The notes beneath the pieces are model-generated. The model searched no databases. It was not told the origin of the DNA and saw nothing but the letters and a program-made list of their open reading frames with translations. The position numbers and the translations under genes are program-made. From Vibrio vulnificus CMCP6 (GTDB lineage: Bacteria; Pseudomonadota; Gammaproteobacteria; Enterobacterales; Vibrionaceae): a stretch of 32,000 bases of DNA. Positions 1 through 7,920 of the stretch are shown in pieces (within the stretch, counting starts at the first letter, position 1; every line of letters begins with the position of its first letter). The stretch spans positions 690,001-722,000 of the forward strand of contig NC_004459.3 of assembly GCF_000039765.1 (NCBI RefSeq), read 5' to 3'.

Positions 1-408
1 CAGTCCCGCAATGATGAACATCGCTTTTAAAAAGTTTTCCATACAAACCGCCACCAACTCTGGGGTATAGCCAAGATGATTGATCTCCACCATTGCGATC
101 ATGGCTTTAAAAGTGAATACGCCGGGAACCATTGGAATCAATGCCGCGACAGTAAACACCTTCGGGTGCGCTAACAAACGCCGTGACCAGTACACACCAA
201 TCATCCCGACTAACGTAGCCGCAAAAAACGTCGCCCATTCAATCGGAATGCCAAATTTCATCATTAAATATCGACTGCCATGACCAATGGCTCCGCCGAG
301 CGCACAATAAATTAACGCTCTCGGTGGCACATTGAACACCAATTCAAACCCAACCGCAGGAATCGCGGCAAAAAACATATCGTTGAGTAAACCGACTAGC
401 AATTCCAT
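1..408 (-). CDS. yjjB: Threonine/serine exporter family small subunit (YjjB-like); N-terminal 136 codons, continues past window start
   Basis: Absent from the ORF track because it has no stop in the window. Hand translation of the minus strand from ATG 408-406 gives MELLVGLLNDMFFAAIPAVGFELVFNVPPRALIYCALGGAIGHGSRYLMMKFGIPIEW... and stays open to base 1. It resembles remembered E. coli YjjB (AAIPAVGF..VFNVP.RAL..CAL.G.IGHGSR). The start overlaps the stop of the upstream gene (TAATG). Confidence 0.8.
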   Translation of the reverse strand, partial: MELLVGLLNDMFFAAIPAVGFELVFNVPPRALIYCALGGAIGHGSRYLMMKFGIPIEWATFFAATLVGMIGVYWSRRLLAHPKVFTVAALIPMVPGVFTFKAMIAMVEINHLGYTPELVAVCMENFLKAMFIIAGL

Positions 409-1181
409 TAGCTCGACCATCCCCAAATACCCGTTACACTCATCGCCGCGACAATCCCTAAGCTGGTCGCCAACGTCAGTAAACTCGCCATAACGAAGCG
501 AGCAATCCCCATATTGATATGGCCTTTAAGCATATCAGCAACCGAGTTAATCAATGGAAAACCAGGAACCAGCATTAACACAGAAGACGCCATCACCACC
601 GTCGGCAAGTTGCCAATTTCAAGAATGACCGCTTGTGCAGAGATAAGGGTGGTCACGAACGCCGTTGCAGCAAAGTTCAAAAGTGGGTTGAAATGACGAT
701 GTCCGATTTCTTGACGAACGATCATGCCGCAAGCCGAAGCCAAAAATGTCATAGCAAACACGGCCCAATCTCCCCCCGCTAAACGAGCAAAAGAGGCGCA
801 AGAGATGCCGATCATAAACACCACCAACCAGCGGTTGTAACGCTCTGGACTGATATTATTCAGTTTTCTCTGAGCCATCATCGGATCAAGCACCCCTTTT
901 TCCATCATGATGCAAATCCGCTGAATCTCGGTGACCGCTTTCATATTGATACCACGATCGACGCAGCTGCGCGTGGTGGTAATGCAGTGACCATCCATCA
1001 CAGTGGTGACAACCAATGCGTTGGCAGAGAGCGCCACTTCGACTTCACTGACGCCAGATGCAATACCAATGCGGCGCATAATATCGCCCACCAAGGTACT
1101 TTCCGCTCCATGCGCTAATAACATCTGCCCCCGCTTGTGCGACCAGCCGAGAGATGGCTCGCTGTGTTGATGCCATAACAA
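408..1181 (-). CDS. yjjP: ThrE-family threonine/serine exporter large subunit (YjjP-like membrane protein)
   Basis: 257-aa ORF. Motifs HGAES, DRGINM..VTE and LVPGFPLINSVADMLKGHINMGIARF..ASLLTLAT align with remembered E. coli YjjP. It is translationally coupled to the yjjB-like gene. Confidence 0.85.
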   Translation of the reverse strand: MLWHQHSEPSLGWSHKRGQMLLAHGAESTLVGDIMRRIGIASGVSEVEVALSANALVVTTVMDGHCITTTRSCVDRGINMKAVTEIQRICIMMEKGVLDPMMAQRKLNNISPERYNRWLVVFMIGISCASFARLAGGDWAVFAMTFLASACGMIVRQEIGHRHFNPLLNFAATAFVTTLISAQAVILEIGNLPTVVMASSVLMLVPGFPLINSVADMLKGHINMGIARFVMASLLTLATSLGIVAAMSVTGIWGWSS

Positions 1182-1289
1182 CTTCCTAATTCCTTTTAAT
1201 CGGACCTGTTAATTGAAACAAAAGGCAAAAGCGCCTCGAAAAACAAATATTCTGCCCGAAAAAAATCGGACTAAACATGATTTAGATGC

Positions 1290-1315
1290 AAAAAAGCCGC
1301 AAATAATATTGCGGC
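1290..1315 (-). terminator. Intrinsic terminator downstream of obg
   Basis: Stem GCCGCAA/TTGCGGC (1296-1302/1309-1315) with a 6-nt loop. The flanking A-run 1290-1295 gives a U6 tract on the minus strand. It lies 20 nt after the obg stop. Confidence 0.75.
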
Positions 1316-1335
1316 TTTTAATTGTAATATCTCGA

Positions 1336-2508
<1,173 letters not shown>

Positions 2509-2608
2509 TTACTCCGGCTACTTTCGCCCGTAAATCAATATCACTACATTTTAGCAGATGACAGATCGAAGACACCATGAGAGGGTGTTTTGAATATGTC
2601 GACTGCAA

Positions 2609-2636
2609 TAAAAAACCCCACCATTACGGCAGGGTT
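2609..2636 (-). terminator. Imperfect intrinsic terminator/attenuator between rpmA and obg
   Basis: On the minus strand ACCCUGCCGUAAUGGUGGGGU forms a stem of 3+2 GC pairs with a 2x2 internal mismatch and a 5-nt loop. U6 follows (complement of A 2610-2615). It lies about 25 nt after the rpmA stop. Confidence 0.55.
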
Positions 2637-2660
2637 TTTCGATTCTGCTAGAAACCTAAA

Positions 2661-2918
2661 TTACTCAGCTTCGATGCTTACGAATTTACGGTTTTTAGGA
2701 CCTTTCACTTCGAACTTAACTTTACCGTCAGTTAGAGCGAATAGAGTGTGGTCTTTACCTAGGCCAACGTTGTTACCAGCGTGGAACTGAGTACCGCGTT
2801 GACGAACGATGATGTTACCTGCAAGAACAGATTCACCACCAAAACGTTTTACACCCAGACGTTTGCTTTCTGAGTCGCGGCCGTTACGAGTAGAACCACC
2901 AGCTTTTTTGTGTGCCAT
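2661..2918 (-). CDS. rpmA: 50S ribosomal protein L27
   Basis: 85 aa, [29 protein letters not shown]... is the canonical L27 sequence. Confidence 0.98.
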   Translation of the reverse strand: MAHKKAGGSTRNGRDSESKRLGVKRFGGESVLAGNIIVRQRGTQFHAGNNVGLGKDHTLFALTDGKVKFEVKGPKNRKFVSIEAE

Positions 2919-2938
2919 TGTTAAACTCTCCTAATAGA

Positions 2939-3250
2939 TTACGCGTTGATACCAGTGATTTTCACTTCCGTGAACCACTGACGGTGACCTTGTTGCTTAC
3001 GAGAGTGCTTACGACGACGGAACTTAACGATTTTAACTTTATCGCCACGACCGTGTTGTACAACTTCAGCAACTACTTTACCGCCCTCTACTAGAGGAGC
3101 ACCAACTTTGATGTCTTCGCCGTTAGCAACAAGAAGAACTTTATCAAATTCAACAGTTGCACCAGTTTCAACGTCTAATTTCTCTAAACGAAGAGTTTGA
3201 CCTTCGCTTACACGGTGTTGTTTACCACCAGATTGGAAAACAGCGTACAT
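2939..3250 (-). CDS. rplU: 50S ribosomal protein L21
   Basis: 103 aa, [18 protein letters not shown]...[16 protein letters not shown] is the canonical L21 sequence. Confidence 0.98.
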
Positions 3251-3335
3251 ATTTTACTCCGCTCTTTCCGCACAGCCTATGCCTATATTTTGTGCAATAA
3301 GGGTGTGCGCTAAACTAATCATCAATAGGGCGCAG

Positions 3336-3364
3336 ATTCTACAGAAAGGATCTCCCTATGACAA
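3336..3364 (-). promoter_or_regulatory. Putative sigma70 promoter of rplU-rpmA
   Basis: Minus strand reads TTGTCA (3364-3359), a 17-bp spacer, then TAGAAT (3341-3336). This predicts a leader of about 78 nt. Confidence 0.5.
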
Positions 3365-3375
3365 GCCATATTTTG

Positions 3376-3403
3376 AAAAAATTGGCGAAAAGCTAATCGC
3401 CAA
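3376..3403 (-). terminator. Orphan intrinsic terminator upstream of the rplU promoter
   Basis: Minus strand reads UUGGCGA-UUAGCUUU-UCGCCAA, a 7-bp stem (3403-3397/3388-3382) with an 8-nt loop. UUUUUU follows immediately (3381-3376). No annotated minus-strand gene lies upstream of it. Confidence 0.55.
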
Positions 3404-3521
3404 ATAAAAGTGCGGCAATCATGCCCTTTAGTAATGTATTAATCAATGTTTTTTAGTGTATTATTCGACAATTATACAAATCGATTAAGCCTTGCAGGGT
3501 CTAACTTCAGCCGGATATACG

Positions 3522-4493
3522 ATGGATTTTAAAACTATCCAAGCGCTTACTGCCGATGACATGGCAAAAGTGAATGAAACAATTCAAGCCCAACTCAATT
3601 CTGATGTCTCTTTAATCAATCAACTTGGTTTTTATATCATCAGTGGTGGTGGCAAACGTCTTCGCCCTCTTTTGGCCGTGCTTTCAGCGCGAGCGTTAGG
3701 CTATCAGGGTAATGCTCACACAACCGCAGCCGCTTTCATCGAGTTTATTCATACCGCAACCTTGCTGCACGATGATGTGGTGGATGAGTCTGATATGCGT
3801 CGTGGCAAAGCCACCGCTAACGCTGCCTTTGGCAACGCTGCCAGCGTTTTGGTTGGCGACTTCATCTACACACGCTCCTTTCAGATGATGACAGAGCTAG
3901 GATCCATGAAGATCCTGAAGCTCATGAGCGATGCCGTTAACATCATTGCAGAAGGGGAAGTATTGCAGTTAATGAACTGTAACGATCCTGATACCACTGA
4001 AGAAAGCTACATGCAGGTGATCTACTCTAAGACCGCACGCCTGTTTGAAGCCGCAACACAGATTGGTGCCATACTCAATGATGCTCCGGCGGAAGTCGAA
4101 ACCGCACTGCAAAATTATGGCAAGTATCTCGGTACCGCGTTTCAGTTGATCGATGATGTGATGGATTACACCTCAGATGGCGAAGAAATGGGCAAAAACG
4201 TTGGGGATGATCTCGCTGAAGGCAAACCTACTCTGCCCTTGTTACATGCCATGCGTCATACCAATGCAGAGAATGCGCAGATGATCCGCGAAGCGATCGA
4301 GAATGCCAATGGGATGGAACGTCTAGATGACATTCTGGCTGTAATGCAACAAGCAGGTTCGTTGACCTATACTGAAGCAAAAGCAATGGAAGAAGCCGAT
4401 AAGGCCATTGCGGAATTACAGGTATTACCTGAGTCTGAATACAAGCAAGCATTGATTGCACTTGCACATATGGCGGTCAAGCGCAGCAAATAG
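3522..4493 (+). CDS. ispB: Octaprenyl-diphosphate synthase
   Basis: The track ORF starts at TTG 3492. ATG 3522 (MDFKTIQALTADDMAKVN...) gives 323 aa, the same length as E. coli IspB, and aligns with it end to end. DDVVDESDMRRG and DDVMD are the aspartate-rich motifs. Confidence 0.95.
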   Translation: MDFKTIQALTADDMAKVNETIQAQLNSDVSLINQLGFYIISGGGKRLRPLLAVLSARALGYQGNAHTTAAAFIEFIHTATLLHDDVVDESDMRRGKATANAAFGNAASVLVGDFIYTRSFQMMTELGSMKILKLMSDAVNIIAEGEVLQLMNCNDPDTTEESYMQVIYSKTARLFEAATQIGAILNDAPAEVETALQNYGKYLGTAFQLIDDVMDYTSDGEEMGKNVGDDLAEGKPTLPLLHAMRHTNAENAQMIREAIENANGMERLDDILAVMQQAGSLTYTEAKAMEEADKAIAELQVLPESEYKQALIALAHMAVKRSK

Positions 4494-4503
4494 TAAGAGC
4501 AAA

Positions 4504-4536
4504 GAAAGGGAGCAATGGCTCCCTTTCTTCTTTGTT
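4504..4536 (+). terminator. Intrinsic terminator of ispB
   Basis: GAAAGGGAGC-AATG-GCTCCCTTTC is a 10-bp perfect stem (4504-4527), followed by TTCTTTGTT. Confidence 0.8.
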
Positions 4537-4560
4537 GATTCGAATACTATCAACCACAAA

Positions 4561-4595
4561 CAAAAAAGCCGATCCAACGATCGGCTTTGTTTTTC
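4561..4595. terminator. Bidirectional intrinsic terminator (serves mdh on the minus strand)
   Basis: AGCCGATC-CAAC-GATCGGCT is an 8-bp stem (4567-4586). It is flanked by an A-run (4562-4566) and TTGTTTTT (4587-4594). Confidence 0.8.
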
Positions 4596-4615
4596 TAACA
4601 CTCACATTCGCTGAC

Positions 4616-5548
4616 TTACTTTACGAAGTCCACGCCAATTTGAATGTCACTGTTAAGCGTTTCTAGCATGCCATCTAGCGCTGCTTTTTCGAAATCACTT
4701 AGCTCACCGTAAGGTAGGATCTCTTCAACACCCTCTTTGCCAAGTTTCACTGGCTGTGCAAAGAAGCTAGCATGCTCGCCGTTACCTTCAACGTAAGCGT
4801 ATTCGATCACTTCTTCACCCTGCAGTGCTTTCACGAGCGCAAGACCAAAGCGACACGCAGCCTGACCCATTGAAAGTGTTGCACTACCGCCACCCGCTTT
4901 CGCTTCAACCACTTCAGTACCTGCATTTTGGATACGTTTGGTTAGGGCTGCAATTTCTTCGTCGCTAAACTCGACACCTTCCACTTGAGAAAGAAGAGGC
5001 AGAATCGTCACACCAGAGTGACCACCAATCACTGGTACACGGACTTCACCTGGATCTTGACCTTTCAGCTCAGCAACAAACGTTTCTGAACGGATCACAT
5101 CCAACGTCGTCACACCAAAAAGTTTACGCTTGTCATAAACGCCCGCTTTTTTCAGAACTTCTGCTGCAATTGGCACAGTGGTGTTCACCGGGTTGGTGAT
5201 GATACCAATACAAGCATTTGGACAAACCACGGCAATGCGCTCAGCAAGTGATTTGACGATACCAGCATTGACATTAAATAGATCCGCACGATCCATACCT
5301 GGCTTACGCGCAACACCAGCAGAAATAAGAACCACATCAGCACCTTCTAGTGCTGGCGTTGGATCTTCACCGGCATAACCTTTGATCGAAACGTGGGTTG
5401 GGATGTGGCTTAGGTCTGCAGCAACACCCGGAGTAACCGGAGCAATATCATATAGGGCTAAATCAGAACCCGCTGGAAGGCGGTTTTTCAGTAAAAGAGC
5501 TAGGGCTTGACCGATGCCACCAGCGGCACCAATAACAGCTACTTTCAT
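4616..5548 (-). CDS. mdh: Malate dehydrogenase (NAD-dependent)
   Basis: 310 aa. [21 protein letters not shown] is the Rossmann motif, followed by [10 protein letters not shown] and [14 protein letters not shown]. It has gammaproteobacterial Mdh identity throughout. Confidence 0.98.
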   Translation of the reverse strand: MKVAVIGAAGGIGQALALLLKNRLPAGSDLALYDIAPVTPGVAADLSHIPTHVSIKGYAGEDPTPALEGADVVLISAGVARKPGMDRADLFNVNAGIVKSLAERIAVVCPNACIGIITNPVNTTVPIAAEVLKKAGVYDKRKLFGVTTLDVIRSETFVAELKGQDPGEVRVPVIGGHSGVTILPLLSQVEGVEFSDEEIAALTKRIQNAGTEVVEAKAGGGSATLSMGQAACRFGLALVKALQGEEVIEYAYVEGNGEHASFFAQPVKLGKEGVEEILPYGELSDFEKAALDGMLETLNSDIQIGVDFVK

Positions 5549-5866
5549 TGTAGTTCTCCTTGAGAGCGATCTCTTATAGACGTTTTAGTAGGGTATTTTG
5601 TAAACAACTGTGTAGAACGCTATAGCAATTACAACTTGATTACAATCAATTAACGCTCGCTTTGCGACCTTGCGCAACTCGATTATCGCGTGCCACATTC
5701 ACCTCGGCCATTATCCACATAAATTGTAGGTATGACAAAGGCTTAAGCATGAAAGAAATTGACTACATTTCTTGCTTTGTTCGCCATTCACTGCGCTAAT
5801 CGGACAGTAATCTGTTTAAAATTTACAGTGATACAACTAACAGATTGCAATCAGCTTTTGGCACTG

Positions 5867-5894
5867 AGTGAATATCTATGCGAAAATATGCAAA
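5867..5894. promoter_or_regulatory. ARG-box-like operator sequence(s) upstream of argR
   Basis: AGTGAATATCTATGCGAA (5867-5884) matches the ARG-box consensus WNTGAATWWWWATTCANW at about 13 of 16 defined positions. An overlapping TATGCGAAAATATGCAAA (5877-5894) matches about 12 of 16. The site lies 27-54 bp before the argR ATG. Confidence 0.3.
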
Positions 5895-5920
5895 ACGTTA
5901 AGAAATGGAATGTGGATTTT

Positions 5921-6391
5921 ATGCGCCCATCAGAAAAACAAGACAACCTAGTACGCGCTTTTAAAGCTTTATTGAAAGAAGAACGCTTTGGTTCTCAAGG
6001 TGAAATTGTTGAAGCCCTGAAACAAGAAGGCTTTGAAAACATTAACCAATCTAAAGTTTCTCGCATGCTGACCAAGTTTGGTGCCGTTCGTACCCGCAAT
6101 GCGAAAATGGAAATGGTTTACTGCCTACCCACCGAACTGGGTGTTCCGACCGTCAGCAGTTCTTTGCGTGAATTGGTTTTAGATGTTGATCATAACCAAG
6201 CATTAGTGGTCATCCATACTGGCCCTGGTGCGGCACAGCTTATTGCCCGTATGCTCGATTCTCTTGGTAAATCGGAAGGCATCCTTGGCGTGGTGGCGGG
6301 TGATGACACCATCTTCATTACCCCTACCCTAACAATCACGACAGAACAACTGTTTAAATCGGTCTGCGAATTGTTTGAATACGCGGGCTAA
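5921..6391 (+). CDS. argR: Arginine repressor
   Basis: The track ORF begins at TTG 5759. ATG 5921 ([30 protein letters not shown]...) gives 156 aa, matching ArgR in length and sequence ([21 protein letters not shown]). It is divergent from mdh as in E. coli. Confidence 0.95.
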   Translation: MRPSEKQDNLVRAFKALLKEERFGSQGEIVEALKQEGFENINQSKVSRMLTKFGAVRTRNAKMEMVYCLPTELGVPTVSSSLRELVLDVDHNQALVVIHTGPGAAQLIARMLDSLGKSEGILGVVAGDDTIFITPTLTITTEQLFKSVCELFEYAG

Positions 6392-6403
6392 CTAACGGCA
6401 AAC

Positions 6404-6443
6404 AATGCTCACTTTAGCGATGCTTTGGTGAGCATTTTGTTTG
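6404..6443 (+). terminator. Probable intrinsic terminator of argR
   Basis: AATGCTCAC (6404-6412) pairs with GTGAGCATT (6428-6436). The loop is 15 nt and TTGTTTG follows. Confidence 0.55.
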
Positions 6444-6590
6444 AAATGCATTCAAATACGCGTTAATTGTTCGTGATCTAATTCACGCATTCAACCAAAT
6501 CTCTACCAAGATAAGCATCAATTTAACTCATTGATCTAAAAGAACCTAACACTAAAAAAACGTCACTCCTATTCTCTTTCCTTAGATTTT

Positions 6591-6619
6591 TTCGCTATAA
6601 GTTTTAACAATTGTATAAT
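6591..6619 (+). promoter_or_regulatory. Putative sigma70 promoter of the TAXI-TRAP operon
   Basis: Perfect TATAAT at 6614-6619, preceded by TTG. At 17-bp spacing the -35 is the weak TTCGCT (6591-6596). This predicts a leader of about 130 nt. Confidence 0.35.
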
Positions 6620-6756
6620 TATCTGCCAATTATTTGTTATTATTCCGCCACTTTTCCAAACGATTGGATTGGAAAAGATGCCGTTTCCAAACAGGAAACC
6701 CCTGAAGATAATTTGTTATGCTTCTGGGTTAATAATGGATAAAGGAAGGAACATTC

Positions 6757-7725
6757 ATGGCATTAAATACGCTGATTAAAGTGGGTGCAATTGCTGCTGC
6801 CGTTATGGGCGCAGGTGCGGTTCACGCTCAAGAATTTATTACGATTGGTACAGGTTCAGTGACGGGTGTTTACTACCCTACGGGTGGCGCCATCTGTAAA
6901 CTGGTCAACAAAGATCGTAAAGATCACAATATCCGTTGTTCTGTAGAATCAACGGGCGGTTCGATCTACAACGTCAATACCATCCGCTCTGGCGAGTTGG
7001 ACTTTGGTATTGTTCAGTCTGACTGGCAATACCATGGCTACAAAGGCACTAGTAAATTTGAAGAGCAAGGCCCTTACACTAAGCTGCGTGCCATGTTCTC
7101 TCTTCATACCGAACCTTTTAACATCATTGCACGCTCTGACGCAGGCATCGACAAGCTTGAAGATCTGAAAGGCAAGCGCGTCAACATCGGTAACCCTGGC
7201 TCGGGCGATCACGCAACGATGAGCGTGGTGATGGATGCTATGGGTTGGAACAACGACAGCTTCAAGCTAGCATCAGAGCTAAAAGGTTCTGAGCGTTCGC
7301 AAGCCCTATGTGACAACAAGATCGACGCGTTCATTTACATGGTTGGTCACCCAAATGGCTCAATCAAAGAAGCGACTACGTCTTGTGACGCCAAACTGGT
7401 GTCCGCAACAGGTCCACAGATCGACAAAATTGTTGCTGACAACCCATACTATGCTTACAGCACCGTGCCTGCTGGTATGTACCGTGGCACTGATAAAGAC
7501 GTGAAGAGCTTTGGTGTAGCGGCAACGCTTGTCACCACTGCCGATGTGTCTGACGACGTGGCTTACAACGTGGCGAAAGCGGTATTCGAGAACTTCGATA
7601 CCTTCAAACGTCTACACCCTGCGTTTGCTACCCTTAAGAAAGAGGATATGGTGAGCGCTGGTATTTCTATCCCACTACACCCAGGTGCAGTGAAATACTA
7701 CAAAGAAGTGGGTCTGCTGAAATAA
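6757..7725 (+). CDS. TRAP transporter solute-binding protein, TAXI family
   Basis: 322 aa. Signal peptide MALNTLIKVGAIAAAVMGAGAVHA/QE. TIGTGSVTGVYYPTGGAICKL, the STGGS..N region and LHPGA.KYYKE are typical of TAXI (immunogenic-protein type) receptors. A fused TRAP permease follows. Confidence 0.9.
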   Translation: MALNTLIKVGAIAAAVMGAGAVHAQEFITIGTGSVTGVYYPTGGAICKLVNKDRKDHNIRCSVESTGGSIYNVNTIRSGELDFGIVQSDWQYHGYKGTSKFEEQGPYTKLRAMFSLHTEPFNIIARSDAGIDKLEDLKGKRVNIGNPGSGDHATMSVVMDAMGWNNDSFKLASELKGSERSQALCDNKIDAFIYMVGHPNGSIKEATTSCDAKLVSATGPQIDKIVADNPYYAYSTVPAGMYRGTDKDVKSFGVAATLVTTADVSDDVAYNVAKAVFENFDTFKRLHPAFATLKKEDMVSAGISIPLHPGAVKYYKEVGLLK

Positions 7726-7739
7726 GCACCCCCACGGTT

Positions 7740-7766
7740 CAGGCAGGAAGGCCATCTTCCTGCCTG
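7740..7766 (+). other. Intercistronic RNA stem-loop with no U-tract
   Basis: CAGGCAGGAAG-GCCAT-CTTCCTGCCTG is a perfect 11-bp stem, 15 nt after the binding-protein stop. It is followed by CGATTCAATCC, which is not U-rich. Confidence 0.6.
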
Positions 7767-7920
7767 CGATTCAATCCTGATCCCGACTTCAATCATTCTG
7801 TTGTCTGATTTGCCGTTACAATCTCATTAATTCAGACAGCATTGAGTTCACTGCCCTCTCCGACTTCAGAATTGGAAGGGTGACAGCATCAACTAGACCA
7901 TCAATAACAAGGAAACGTAC

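Noticed and set aside
5749-5799. 16-codon mini-ORF ([16 protein letters not shown]) with an AAGG upstream, in the mdh-argR spacer
   Set aside because: There is no arginine or other regulatory codon bias, no attenuator structure downstream, and nothing distinguishes it from chance in an AT-rich spacer.
5759-5920. 54-codon in-frame N-terminal extension of argR (TTG start in the ORF track)
   Set aside because: ArgR homologues are about 156 aa and align from MRPSEKQ at 5921. The extension is Cys- and Leu-rich with no homology, and it overlaps the promoter and ARG-box region.
6623-6720. Possibility that the repeat block in the TAXI leader is a miniature mobile element (MITE) bounded by ATTTGTTAT
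   Set aside because: The flanking 9-mers are direct repeats, not terminal inverted repeats. The unit is under 90 bp, has no second copy in the window and shows no target-site duplication logic. A regulatory interpretation is more parsimonious.
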